DNA of 64,000 nt from positions 13,531 to 77,530 of the forward strand of contig JAINDL010000011.1 in assembly GCA_019931245.1 (NCBI GenBank). The letters are read 5' to 3'. Below, piece by piece: positions 1 through 10,411 of this stretch. This DNA comes from Bryobacteraceae bacterium CoA2 C42 (GTDB lineage Bacteria; Acidobacteriota; Terriglobia; Bryobacterales; Bryobacteraceae). The notes under the pieces are model-generated. The model searched no databases and was not told the DNA's origin. It was given only the letters and a program-made list of their open reading frames with translations. Each line of letters starts with the position of its first letter. Within the stretch, counting starts at the first letter, position 1. Made by a program: the position numbers and the translations under genes.

Positions 1-1
1 G

Positions 2-1021
2 GTCTCCCATCACAGTGAAACGGCGGTCTGCAACCTGGGTTCCATCAACCTGGCCCGCTACCTGACCGTGGACGGGAACTTCGACTTTGAGAAGTTGGGC
101 CGGAACGTGCGCCTGGCCGTGCGTTTTCTCGATAAGGTCATTGACATCAACTACTATCCGACGCAGGGGGCCGAGACCTCCAACCGGAAGTGGCGTCCGG
201 TGGGTTTGGGGTTGATGGGCTTGCAGGACCTGTTCTTCCAACTGCGGCTGCCGTTTGATTCGGCCGCGGCGCGGGCCCTTTCGCGCCGGATTCAGGAGGA
301 GATCTACTACCACGCCCTCGAGACTACCGTGAGCCTGGCCGAGGAGTTCGGGCCGCACCAGAACTTCTTCGAGACCCGGGCGGCGAAAGGCCAGTTCCAG
401 TTCGAGTTGTGGGGCGTGACCCCCGACGCGCCCGAACGGTGGGAGGCGCTGCGCCCGCGCATGATGCAATCCGGCATGCGCAACTCGCTGCTGATTGCCA
501 TTGCTCCCACCGCGACGATCGCCTCCATTGTGGGCTCCTACGAGTGCATTGAGCCGCAGATTTCGAATCTGTTCAAACGGGAGACGCTGTCGGGCGACTT
601 CGTGCAGGTGAACCGTTATCTGGTGCAGGAGTTGAAGGCGCTCGGGATGTGGAATGAGCCGATGCGCAACCGCATCAAGATGGGTGAGGGATCGATTCAA
701 GGCATTGAGGAGATTCCCGAGGAGTTGAAGCAGGTTTACCGGACGGTCTGGGAGGTCCCAATGCGTTCGCTGATCGACATGGCGGCGGACCGGTCTCCGT
801 ATATCGACCAGAGCCAGTCGCTCAATCTGTTCATTGAGAGCCCGACGATTGGCAAGGTCTCTTCGATGTACATGTACGCCTGGAAGAAGGGCCTCAAAAC
901 AACCTACTACCTGCGCAGCCGGCCGGCATCTAAAATCAGTAAAGCCACCGTTCCGGTCACCCCCGCGGCGGCGGTAGCCTGCTCGCTCGAAAACCCCGAG
1001 AGCTGCGAAGCTTGTCAGTAG
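2..1021 (+). CDS. nrdA: Ribonucleotide reductase large (alpha) subunit, C-terminal part; 5' end lies outside the window
   Basis: The frame is open from base 2 (VSHHSETAVCNLGSINLARYL...), so the tracked ORF 68..1021 is only the part after an internal GTG. It carries the RNR active-site motif CNLGSINL, the conserved KGLKTTYYLRS, and a C-terminal Cys pair (CSLENPESCEAC). An R2 subunit gene follows after 32 nt. Confidence 0.9.
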   Translation, partial: VSHHSETAVCNLGSINLARYLTVDGNFDFEKLGRNVRLAVRFLDKVIDINYYPTQGAETSNRKWRPVGLGLMGLQDLFFQLRLPFDSAAARALSRRIQEEIYYHALETTVSLAEEFGPHQNFFETRAAKGQFQFELWGVTPDAPERWEALRPRMMQSGMRNSLLIAIAPTATIASIVGSYECIEPQISNLFKRETLSGDFVQVNRYLVQELKALGMWNEPMRNRIKMGEGSIQGIEEIPEELKQVYRTVWEVPMRSLIDMAADRSPYIDQSQSLNLFIESPTIGKVSSMYMYAWKKGLKTTYYLRSRPASKISKATVPVTPAAAVACSLENPESCEACQ

Positions 1022-1053
1022 ACGACCGAGTTACTATTGCAGAGTAAGGAAGC

Positions 1054-2052
1054 ATGATTCTCGATCCAGGATTCGATCTCACCCTCCGTCCGATGAAGTA
1101 CCCGGTCTTTTACGATATGTACAAGATCGGCATTAAGAACACGTGGACCGTCGAAGAGGTGGACTTTTCCACCGACGTCACCGATCTTCGCCAGAAGATG
1201 AACCCGGCCGAACAGCACCTGATCAAGCGGCTGGTGGCTTTTTTCGCGACCGGTGATTCAATCGTCGGTAACAATCTCGTCCTGAACCTGTATAAGCACA
1301 TTAACTCGCCCGAGGCGAGAATGTATCTGTCCCGCCAACTGTTCGAAGAGGCGGTGCACGTGCAGTTCTATCTGACGCTGCTCGACACCTACATTCCCGA
1401 CCCGAACGAACGGGCGGCGGCGTTTTCCGCGGTGGAAAACATCCCTTCGATCAAGGCGAAAGCAGACTTCTGCTTCAAATGGATCGACTCCATCAATGAG
1501 ATGGAGTCGATTGAGTCCGATGCGGACATGAAGAAGTTTCTGCTCAACCTGTCCTGCTTTGCCTGCTGCATTGAGGGAATGTTCTTCTTTGCCGCCTTTG
1601 CTTACGTTTACTTCCTGCGCTCTCGCGGTCTGCTGCAGGGGCTAGCGACGGGGACCAACTGGGTCTTCCGCGACGAGAGCGCTCACATCGACTTCGCTCT
1701 CGAGGTGATCAACACGGTGCGCCGGGAGCGGCCCCATCTTTTTGACGCCGAGTATGAGGCGCAGGCCAAGCAGATGATTCGGGACGCGGTGGAGTGCGAA
1801 GCTTTATTCGCCGAGGATACACTCGGCGGCGGCATCTCCGGGATGTCGATTCCGTCGATGCGGCAGTATCTGCAGTACATTGCCGACCGGAGGCTGGTTT
1901 CGCTGGGCATTCAGCCGATCTATGGCTCGAAGAATCCGTTCGACTTCATGGAATTGCAGGACGTGCAGGAGCTGACGAACTTCTTCGAACGGCGGGTTTC
2001 GGCCTACCAGACCGCGGTTTCCGGCGAAGTCGGTTTCGCGGACGATTTCTAG
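1054..2052 (+). CDS. nrdB: Ribonucleotide reductase small (beta, R2) subunit
   Basis: Ferritin-like di-iron motifs are present: EEAVHVQFY (E-x-x-H with Tyr four residues after His, the radical-Tyr spacing) and RDESAHIDF. The acidic/aromatic C-terminal tail ends GFADDF. The gene is adjacent to the R1 gene. Confidence 0.92.
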   Translation: MILDPGFDLTLRPMKYPVFYDMYKIGIKNTWTVEEVDFSTDVTDLRQKMNPAEQHLIKRLVAFFATGDSIVGNNLVLNLYKHINSPEARMYLSRQLFEEAVHVQFYLTLLDTYIPDPNERAAAFSAVENIPSIKAKADFCFKWIDSINEMESIESDADMKKFLLNLSCFACCIEGMFFFAAFAYVYFLRSRGLLQGLATGTNWVFRDESAHIDFALEVINTVRRERPHLFDAEYEAQAKQMIRDAVECEALFAEDTLGGGISGMSIPSMRQYLQYIADRRLVSLGIQPIYGSKNPFDFMELQDVQELTNFFERRVSAYQTAVSGEVGFADDF

Positions 2053-2070
2053 CTTCAGGACTTACGGCCG

Positions 2071-2502
2071 ATGCCCGAACAGAATTTTCAAAACCATACC
2101 AACCGGGTTCCGGCTTTTCTGGCGCTCGGCCTCGTCTTACTGGCTACTTTCATCGGTTCGGTCGTGAATCTCTATCTGTCGATTGGAGATCATCAGCGGG
2201 TCTACAGCGCCTCGCTGCTGCTGGTGCTCTCCGGTTCGGTCCTGGTGGGAATGTATCTCGCCCGGGTATTCGCGCTGAAGGCGCAGGACCGGGCGATCCG
2301 GGCCGAGGAGAATCTGCGGCACTTCGTCTTGACGGGACGATTGCTCGATTCGCGGCTGGCTGTCCAACAGATTATCGGGCTGCGGTTTGCCTCCGACGCC
2401 GAGTTTCCCGCCCTGGCCGAGCGGGCGGCGGCCGAGGGCATGGCGCAGAAGGACATCAAGGCCGCCGTCAAAACCTGGCGAGCTGATTTCTACCGCGTCT
2501 GA
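2071..2502 (+). CDS. Small membrane protein of unknown function
   Basis: Two hydrophobic helices (AFLALGLVLLATFIGSVVNLYL and ASLLLVLSGSVLVGMYLA) are followed by a soluble tail. Codons are GC3-rich. It starts 18 nt after nrdB. Confidence 0.7.
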   Translation: MPEQNFQNHTNRVPAFLALGLVLLATFIGSVVNLYLSIGDHQRVYSASLLLVLSGSVLVGMYLARVFALKAQDRAIRAEENLRHFVLTGRLLDSRLAVQQIIGLRFASDAEFPALAERAAAEGMAQKDIKAAVKTWRADFYRV

Positions 2503-2517
2503 CCGCGCCGACTTATA

Positions 2518-3057
2518 ATGGCGGGTAGCTTTATGCCTACGCGCCGCCATCTGCTCGAAGGAACCGCCGCTCTCGCCGCGGGTGTTCCGTTACTGAACGC
2601 TCAGGATCACAGCGGGCACGGTCTGACGGAGGTTGCGGGCACGGCGCCGAAGGTGGCCCGGTTCTTCCATCGGCGAGAGATGGCTCTGTTGGCGCAATTA
2701 GTAGACCGGATCATTCCGCGGTCAGATACGCCGGGGGCCGCCGACGCCAACGTTCACTACTTCATCGACTTTCAGGCCCATACCAACCGGCGGCTGGGAA
2801 CGCGATTGCGGCAGGATTTGAGTTGGATCCGCAAGCAGGGGTTTCCCAAGGCGGACGCGGCCGGGCAGGTGGCGCTGTTGACGGCCTGGAGTACGACGAA
2901 GGGGAGCGAACCGTACCGGGTCTTCCAGCGGCTGAAGGATCTGACGATTGACGGTTATTACGGATCGAAAGAGGGCCTCGCGCAGGAACTGGGCTGGAAC
3001 GCGAACACGTTTCTGCGGGAGTTCAAAGGCTGCACGCACCCGGAGCACGGAGCCTAG
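2518..3057 (+). CDS. Gluconate 2-dehydrogenase subunit 3-family small subunit with twin-arginine leader
   Basis: Tat-like leader PTRRHLLEGTAALAAGVPLLNA. Family-typical stretch LVDRIIPRSDTPGAADANVHYFIDF and C-terminal LTIDGYYGSKEG. It sits 3 nt upstream of a GMC flavoprotein gene. Confidence 0.8.
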   Translation: MAGSFMPTRRHLLEGTAALAAGVPLLNAQDHSGHGLTEVAGTAPKVARFFHRREMALLAQLVDRIIPRSDTPGAADANVHYFIDFQAHTNRRLGTRLRQDLSWIRKQGFPKADAAGQVALLTAWSTTKGSEPYRVFQRLKDLTIDGYYGSKEGLAQELGWNANTFLREFKGCTHPEHGA

Positions 3058-3060
3058 GCC

Positions 3061-4703
<1,643 letters not shown>

Positions 4704-4707
<4 letters not shown>

Positions 4708-5645
4708 CGCACGAGGGGCGTGACGGTGAGCTTGCGGATCTCGACGGGGCCGTGGTCGCCTTGCACGCTGAGCGGGCCGGGGTTGGCTTCGTTGGGGTCG
4801 TGGGCCATGGCGGTGAGGCCTTCGACTTCGGCGCGGTCGATGACGGTGACGCCGTTGACAATAACGGTGACGGTCCGGCCGACCAGGCGAATGTCGTAGG
4901 TATTCCACTCGCCGGGCTTCTTGACGGCGTTGACGCGCGGCTTGATGCGGCTGTAAAGGGCGCCGGTGCCATGGGTGTCCGGCGCCTTGCCGAAGTCGTC
5001 GACGATCTGCACTTCGTAGCGGCCGCGGAGGCCGAGGCCGGCGTTGGAGCCCGCACCGAGCCGGAACTCGCCGTGGAGTTCAAAGTTCCAGAAGGTTTGG
5101 GAGGAGACGAGATTGTTGGCGCCGGCGACGTTCTTCATGATGCCCTTGTCGACCGTCCACCCGAGCGCCTGGCCGGGGACGAGGGCGGACCAGTTGGCGA
5201 GGTCTTTGCCGTTGAAGAGTTCGACGGGCTTGCCGGGCTTCCATTTGCCGTCTTCGGTGTCGGTGATGACGGGGGCGCGTTTGCCGGTGAAGGTCAGCTT
5301 CGAGGCGGGGTCGCCTTCGAGTTGGAAATCGCCGGCGAGTTCTCCGTTGACGAGGCGGGCGGTGTAGACGCCCTTGGCGGTGCCGGAGGGTTGGCGGCGG
5401 TAGTTGCGTTCAAAGACAAAACGAAGGACGCCGTTCTTCACCCCGATTTCGGGAATGGCGTTCATATCGCCGCCGGGGGCGCCGACGAAGCGGCCTTTGA
5501 TGGCGGCGGTGCCGGCTCCGTCCACCTCGAGCCACCAGACGCGGCGCCGGGCTTCGTTTGGCACCGTCAGATTCCAACGGCCGTTGAAATCGGCGTCTTT
5601 GGCGAGGGCGGAGAGGGAGACTAGAAAGAAGAGAGCAAGACGCAT
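4704..5645 (-). CDS. DUF1080-type (3-keto-disaccharide hydrolase-like) secreted protein
   Basis: Signal peptide [15 protein letters not shown]. Motifs [22 protein letters not shown] and C-terminal [20 protein letters not shown] are typical of the family. I moved the start from 5699 to the ATG at 5645 that begins the signal peptide. Confidence 0.8.
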
Positions 5646-5699
5646 GACTTGGCGAGTGTACCATTGCGCGCGCCCGGCTGTTTCGATAAAGTTCGGCAT

Positions 5700-6788
5700 A
5701 TGGGAAACGCAGCATTGACTCGACGCGCGCGCCTGGTTCCGCCGGTAGCGGCCGCGATTTCGACGGGTCCGCTCACGATTGCCGGAGGCCGCCTGTGGCG
5801 ACTGCGGGAGCCGAGCGGGCGCGTCTACAACATGATTCGGCTGGATACGCGGGGCGGTTTGCGCGGCTATGGGGAGGCCGGCGCGGTGGAGGCGGCCGAG
5901 TTTGCGCGCGTGCTGGCGCTGCTGCAGGGCCGGGAGGCGAACAGCTTCGAGGTGCTTGGTTTGACGGGGCCGCTACGCGGCGCCGTGAACATGGCGATGC
6001 TGGATCTGGTGGGCCGGGCGACGCAGGCGCCGGTTTATCAGGTGCTGGGCGGGCCGACGCGGCACAAGGCGCGGGCCATTGCCACGGTGAAGAATTCGAA
6101 CAACGTGGAGGCAGCGCGGGAGGCGGGATTTCGGGCGTTTTCGGTGCCCTTGCCCACGCCGCTGTTTCCGAACTCCGGCAAGCAGTATGTGAATCTGGTG
6201 CTGGCGCTGTGGGAGGAGTTGCAGAAGACGGGCGGGGAGTTTGTACTCGATGGGGCGATGCGGCTGACGCCGGGCGATGCGCAGATGGTGGCGGCGGCGC
6301 TTGAAAAGGAGCATCCGCTGTTCCTCGACGAGCCATGCCGGATGACCCAGCTGCGGCAGGTGGCCAAGATCAGCGAGGAATCGGTGACGCCGCTGGGGTT
6401 TGGCCGCGAGGTGGATTCGCTCGCGGTGTTTCAGGAACTGCTGCGGGAGCAGGCGGTGGACGTGCTGCGGCCGTCGCTGCAGCAGTGGGGCATTTCGGCG
6501 ATTCGCCGGGTGAGCGCGCTGGCGGAGACCTACTACACGGCCGTGGCGCCGTTTCACGACGGCGGCCCGCTGGGGACGGCGGCGGGGCTGCAGTTGGCGG
6601 CGAGCTTGCCGAACTTCTTTGCACTGCAGGTGCCGCGAGTGAGCGCGGCCGAGCGGGAGGCGCGCGATGGGATGTTGTCGGGCTGGAATGAGCCGGTAAA
6701 GGATGGCTTCTTTGAGCTGCCGACGGGGCCGGGGTTGGGCGTGACGGTAGACGAAAAGGCGCTGGGGCGCTACGAGGTGAAGGCATGA
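5700..6788 (+). CDS. Enolase-superfamily (mandelate racemase / muconate lactonizing enzyme-like) protein, possibly non-canonical
   Basis: Capping-domain motif MAMLDLVGRATQAPVYQVLGG; barrel motifs LFLDEPC and GFGRE. I moved the start to ATG 5700 so it does not overlap the divergent DUF1080 gene. Its stop overlaps the next start by 4 nt (ATGA). Confidence 0.75.
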   Translation: MGNAALTRRARLVPPVAAAISTGPLTIAGGRLWRLREPSGRVYNMIRLDTRGGLRGYGEAGAVEAAEFARVLALLQGREANSFEVLGLTGPLRGAVNMAMLDLVGRATQAPVYQVLGGPTRHKARAIATVKNSNNVEAAREAGFRAFSVPLPTPLFPNSGKQYVNLVLALWEELQKTGGEFVLDGAMRLTPGDAQMVAAALEKEHPLFLDEPCRMTQLRQVAKISEESVTPLGFGREVDSLAVFQELLREQAVDVLRPSLQQWGISAIRRVSALAETYYTAVAPFHDGGPLGTAAGLQLAASLPNFFALQVPRVSAAEREARDGMLSGWNEPVKDGFFELPTGPGLGVTVDEKALGRYEVKA

Positions 6789-8104
6789 TGCGGCGACGGG
6801 GATTTTTAGGATTAGCGGGCGCGGCGCCGGCGTTGGGCGGCAAGCTGGTGGATTCGTGCGGGTGCGGCATGATGGCGCAGGCGGCGGCGGGGCCCCGGCC
6901 GGAGGGTGCCGAGGCCTTTGCGCGGGTGGGTTCGAAGCTGCGGATCACGAACGTGAAGGTCTTCGGGGTGTCGCTGACGCCGGACTCGGACCGGCCGTAT
7001 GTGTTCGTCAAGATTGAGACGAATCAGGGGCTGATCGGCTGGGGCGAGGGAACGCTCGAGGGCAAGGCGGCGGCGGTGATGGCCTGCGTCGAAGATTTCA
7101 AAGAGCTGCTGATCGGGGCCGATCCGATGCAGGTGGAGCATCACTGGCAGTCGATGTATGTCCATAGTTTCTACCGGGCCGGGCCGGTGATCGGGTCGGC
7201 GATCAGCGGCATCGATCAGGCGTTGTGGGATATTCGCGGCAAGGCGCTGAACATGCCGGTGTATAAGCTGCTCGGCGGGCCGGTGGACCCGCGCGGGGTG
7301 CGCGGTTACTACCATCTGCGGGCGCGGAACAAGGCGGATTTGCCGCGGTTGCGCGAAGAGGCGCGCAAGCAGGGGATTACGTGTTTCAAGAGCGGCATTC
7401 CCGGCTACTACGAGTGGATTGAGACCAGGCAGAAGATTGCCGCCGCCGTGCAGGCGATGGCCGATCTGCGGGAAGGGCTCGGGCCGGATATCGACATCGG
7501 CATCGACTTTCATGCCAAGACCTCGCCGAGCGTGGCTTCGATTCTCGTCAAAGAGGTGGAGCCGCTGAACCTGTTGTTCGTTGAGGAGCCGTGTCCGCCC
7601 GAGAACGTGAAGGCGATGCAGCGGATTGCGCGGCGGTCGACGACGCCGATTGCGACGGGCGAGCGGCTGGTGGCGCACTACGGCTGCCGCGAGGTGATTG
7701 AGCTGGGTGTCGCCGATATCATTCAGACCGATATCAACCACGTGGGCGGCATCACGGCGCTGTGGAAGGTGGGGGCGATGGCGGGCATCTCCGGCATTTC
7801 GATGGCGCCGCACGCCTGCGAAGGACCGATTGGCGGCCTGGCGACGGTACACGTCGACGCGGCGACGCCGAACTTCCTGGTGCAGGAGATCTGCAGCGGC
7901 GTCGAGGTGGGCCTGAACGAAAAGGTGTGGGCCGAGTGGATGGGCTTCCCGGTGATGCGGATGGTCAACGGCCGGTTCCCGCTGCCGGAGAAGCCGGGGC
8001 TGGGCTTCGATTTGACCGAAGAGGCGCTGAAAAAGTATCCGTTTGGCGGAACGAAGCCAATGGCCAGGGTCTTCCACGAGGATGGATCGGTCGCCGAATG
8101 GTAG
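6785..8104 (+). CDS. Enolase-superfamily acid-sugar dehydratase (galactonate/mannonate dehydratase-like)
   Basis: Motifs SGIDQALWDIRGKALNMPVYKLLGG, IGIDFHAKT, LFVEEPCPPEN, PIATGERL, IIQTDINHVGGIT and MAPHACEGP. The N-terminal 28 aa look like a Tat leader (MMRRRGFLGLAGAAPALG). An alternative start is ATG 6869. Confidence 0.85.
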   Translation: MMRRRGFLGLAGAAPALGGKLVDSCGCGMMAQAAAGPRPEGAEAFARVGSKLRITNVKVFGVSLTPDSDRPYVFVKIETNQGLIGWGEGTLEGKAAAVMACVEDFKELLIGADPMQVEHHWQSMYVHSFYRAGPVIGSAISGIDQALWDIRGKALNMPVYKLLGGPVDPRGVRGYYHLRARNKADLPRLREEARKQGITCFKSGIPGYYEWIETRQKIAAAVQAMADLREGLGPDIDIGIDFHAKTSPSVASILVKEVEPLNLLFVEEPCPPENVKAMQRIARRSTTPIATGERLVAHYGCREVIELGVADIIQTDINHVGGITALWKVGAMAGISGISMAPHACEGPIGGLATVHVDAATPNFLVQEICSGVEVGLNEKVWAEWMGFPVMRMVNGRFPLPEKPGLGFDLTEEALKKYPFGGTKPMARVFHEDGSVAEW

Positions 8105-10401
8105 CGCTGCGGGTTGGCTTCGTTTCGCTACTTGCTGTTTTAGCATTCGCCGATGAGTTCACCGAGAAGGTGCGGCCGGTGCTGGAGGCCAACTGTGCGA
8201 AGTGCCACAATCCGGCCAATCCGCGGAACCGGTTGAATTTTCTGAAGGCCGCGGGGGCGACCGATGTGGAGGCGCAGCGGTCGCTGTGGCGCAACGTGGC
8301 GACGCAGCTGCGGAACCGGACGATGCCGCCGGGCGGGGCGGCGATGGCCGAAGTGGACCGGCTGGCGGTGGCTGATTGGATTGAAGCCCGGCTGCGGAAC
8401 ACGGGCTGCACCACCGGCGAGTACGCCGGCTTCGTGGCGCCGCGCCGGCTGAACCGCCGGGAGTGGAAGAACACGATCCGGGATCTGTTCGGGCTCGAGG
8501 TGGTAGCGCCGGATCTGTTCCCGGCCGATGAGGCGGGCGGGGCGGGGTTCGACACCAACGGTGAGACGCTCTATGTGCCGCCGATGCTGCTCGAACGTTA
8601 CCTCGAGGCGGCCACGGCGGTGCTCGACCGGATTGTGATTACGCCGCCGTTTCAGCAGGTGATGCTGTCGCATGAGATGGAGCCGGTGACGGCGCCGCCC
8701 AAGGGAATCAAGCCGAGCCGGTTTATTGAGCCGGGGACGGAGCTGTCGGCCAACGTGTCGGTGTTTGCCGAGGGGCCGTACACGATTCGTGTCTCGGTGG
8801 AACGGCCGAAGCTGACGCCGTTCACGATGACGGTGAAGGTGGACGGCGTCGAGGTGGGCACGCTCGCCTACGCGCGCGATTCGGGAGGCGGGGCGACGGC
8901 GCGGGTGGCGACGGCGACGCTGTCGCGGGGCGCGCATACGGTAACGGTGGTGAACGGGACCGAACGCGTGGAGTTCTACAGCGTGACGGTGGATCAGCGG
9001 CCGGTGGCGGCGCCGGTGGAGAAGCGGGCGCTGCACTTTCAACTGCTGGGTTTGGAGCCGGGGCAATCGCCGGTGGAGCCGCGTACGGCGGCGCGGCGGA
9101 TTCTCGCGCAGGTGCTGCCGAAGGCTTTCCGGCAGCCGGTGGCGGAGGCCGAAGTGGAGCCCTTCCTGGCGCTGTATGACCGGGGCGCGAAGCGGGGCGA
9201 TCCGTTTGAAGAGAACGTGAAGCTGGCGCTGAAGGCGGTGCTGGTGTCGCCGCGGTTTCTGTTCAAGGTGGAGGATCCGGATCCGCGCCCCGGGGTGCGG
9301 CCGCTGGGGCAGTACGCCATGGCTTCGCGCCTCTCCTACTTCCTGTGGTCGACGATGCCGGATGCCGAGCTGTTGCAGTTGGCCGCGGCCGGGAGGCTGC
9401 AGGACCCGGCCGTGCTGGCGGCGCAGGTGGATCGCATGATCGACCATCCGCGGTCGCGGGCGTTTGCAAGCGGGTTCATGGGCCAATGGCTGGGGACGCA
9501 GGAGACGGGCGGGCGGGCGATGCCGCTGTTGACCGAGTTGCAGCACTTCTATACCCCGGAGGTGGCGGCCGACCTGCGGGAGCAGCCGGAGCTGATGATG
9601 CACCATCTGCTGGCGGCCAACCGGAGCGTGCTGGAGTTGCTCACCGGACGGACGACGTTTTTGACCGAGCGGCTGGTGAAGTACTACGAGCTTGAGGGGA
9701 AAGTGAAGCTGGGTCCGGGGCCGGGCTTTCACCGGGTGGAGTGGCCGGATACGCGGCGGGCCGGGGTGTTGGGGCTCGCGTCGGTGTTGGGGATGCGGTC
9801 GCACTACAAAGAGGCGAGTCCGGTTCTGCGCGGGGCTTGGGTGCTCGAAACGCTGCTCGGCACGCCGGTGCCGCCGCCGCCGGAGGATGTGCCGCCGCTC
9901 GATGCCGTCAAGGCCGCGCATAAAAAACTGACGGTCCGCGAGATGCTGGCCAAGCACCGGGAGAACGTTTCGTGCGCCGCCTGTCATAACCTGATGGACC
10001 CGATCGGGTTGGGCCTCGAGAACTTTGACTGGATGGGGCGCTGGCGCGATACCGAGGCCGACGGGCGGCCGGTGGACGCTTCGGGCGTGCTGCCGGGCGG
10101 GGCGAAGTTTAATGGGCCGGAGGAGCTGCGGGCGGTTCTGCTGGCGCGCAAAGAGGAGTTTGTGCGGCAAGTGGTGAGCAAGACGCTGGGTTATGCGCTC
10201 GGGCGCGGTTTGCAGGATGGCGATCAGTGCACGGTACAGCGGCTGATGGACCATTTGGCGCAGGACGGCTACGGCGTGCGCACATTAATTCGCGATATTG
10301 TATTGAGTACACCGTTCCGCTCCTCGCAAAGCGATGCGGTGATCAGTGAAAGCCATGGTCCGGTGAAGCGGGCTCCACGCCGGTTATTGGGAACCAAGTA
10401 G
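8098..10401 (+). CDS. DUF1592/DUF1588/DUF1585-type protein with two CxxCH motifs (planctomycete-type cytochrome-domain family)
   Basis: A signal-like N-terminus (MVALRVGFVSLLAVLAFA) begins at ATG 8098. CAKCH lies near the N-terminus and SCAACHNLMDPIGLGLENFD near the C-terminus. The stretch HPRSRAFASGFMGQWLG is also present. I rejected the tracked 7762 start because that part lies out of frame inside the enolase gene. Confidence 0.85.
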   Translation: MVALRVGFVSLLAVLAFADEFTEKVRPVLEANCAKCHNPANPRNRLNFLKAAGATDVEAQRSLWRNVATQLRNRTMPPGGAAMAEVDRLAVADWIEARLRNTGCTTGEYAGFVAPRRLNRREWKNTIRDLFGLEVVAPDLFPADEAGGAGFDTNGETLYVPPMLLERYLEAATAVLDRIVITPPFQQVMLSHEMEPVTAPPKGIKPSRFIEPGTELSANVSVFAEGPYTIRVSVERPKLTPFTMTVKVDGVEVGTLAYARDSGGGATARVATATLSRGAHTVTVVNGTERVEFYSVTVDQRPVAAPVEKRALHFQLLGLEPGQSPVEPRTAARRILAQVLPKAFRQPVAEAEVEPFLALYDRGAKRGDPFEENVKLALKAVLVSPRFLFKVEDPDPRPGVRPLGQYAMASRLSYFLWSTMPDAELLQLAAAGRLQDPAVLAAQVDRMIDHPRSRAFASGFMGQWLGTQETGGRAMPLLTELQHFYTPEVAADLREQPELMMHHLLAANRSVLELLTGRTTFLTERLVKYYELEGKVKLGPGPGFHRVEWPDTRRAGVLGLASVLGMRSHYKEASPVLRGAWVLETLLGTPVPPPPEDVPPLDAVKAAHKKLTVREMLAKHRENVSCAACHNLMDPIGLGLENFDWMGRWRDTEADGRPVDASGVLPGGAKFNGPEELRAVLLARKEEFVRQVVSKTLGYALGRGLQDGDQCTVQRLMDHLAQDGYGVRTLIRDIVLSTPFRSSQSDAVISESHGPVKRAPRRLLGTK

Positions 10402-10411
10402 GAGAATCAGA

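Noticed and set aside
1794-2486. 230-aa plus-strand ORF spanning the nrdB 3' end and the following small membrane protein gene.
   Set aside because: It is out of frame with both better-supported genes, and its translation is Arg/Gly-rich low-complexity sequence.
7762-8097. N-terminal extensions in the ORF track:
- 7762 for the DUF1592-type gene
- 18655 for the second DUF1080 gene
- 35381 for the first amidohydrolase
- 33834..34160 for the YkgJ-type gene
- 55074..55340 for the glucosaminidase-like gene
- 5649 and 5699 at the DUF1080/enolase divergent pair
   Set aside because: The extensions run through neighbouring genes or their antisense and have shadow-ORF composition. In each case an internal ATG begins a credible signal peptide or the conserved N-terminus.
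9271-9290. Tandem GGATCCGGATCC (two BamHI sites) that looks like a cloning scar.
   Set aside because: It lies in frame within the DUF1592-type gene, encoding EDPDPRP. It is a short chance repeat in coding sequence with no flanking vector-like sequence.
6812-10254. Long minus-strand ORFs 6812..8146 (444 aa) and 8140..10254 (704 aa).
   Set aside because: They are antisense to the enolase-superfamily and DUF1592-type genes. Both are Arg/Pro/His-rich low-complexity translations.
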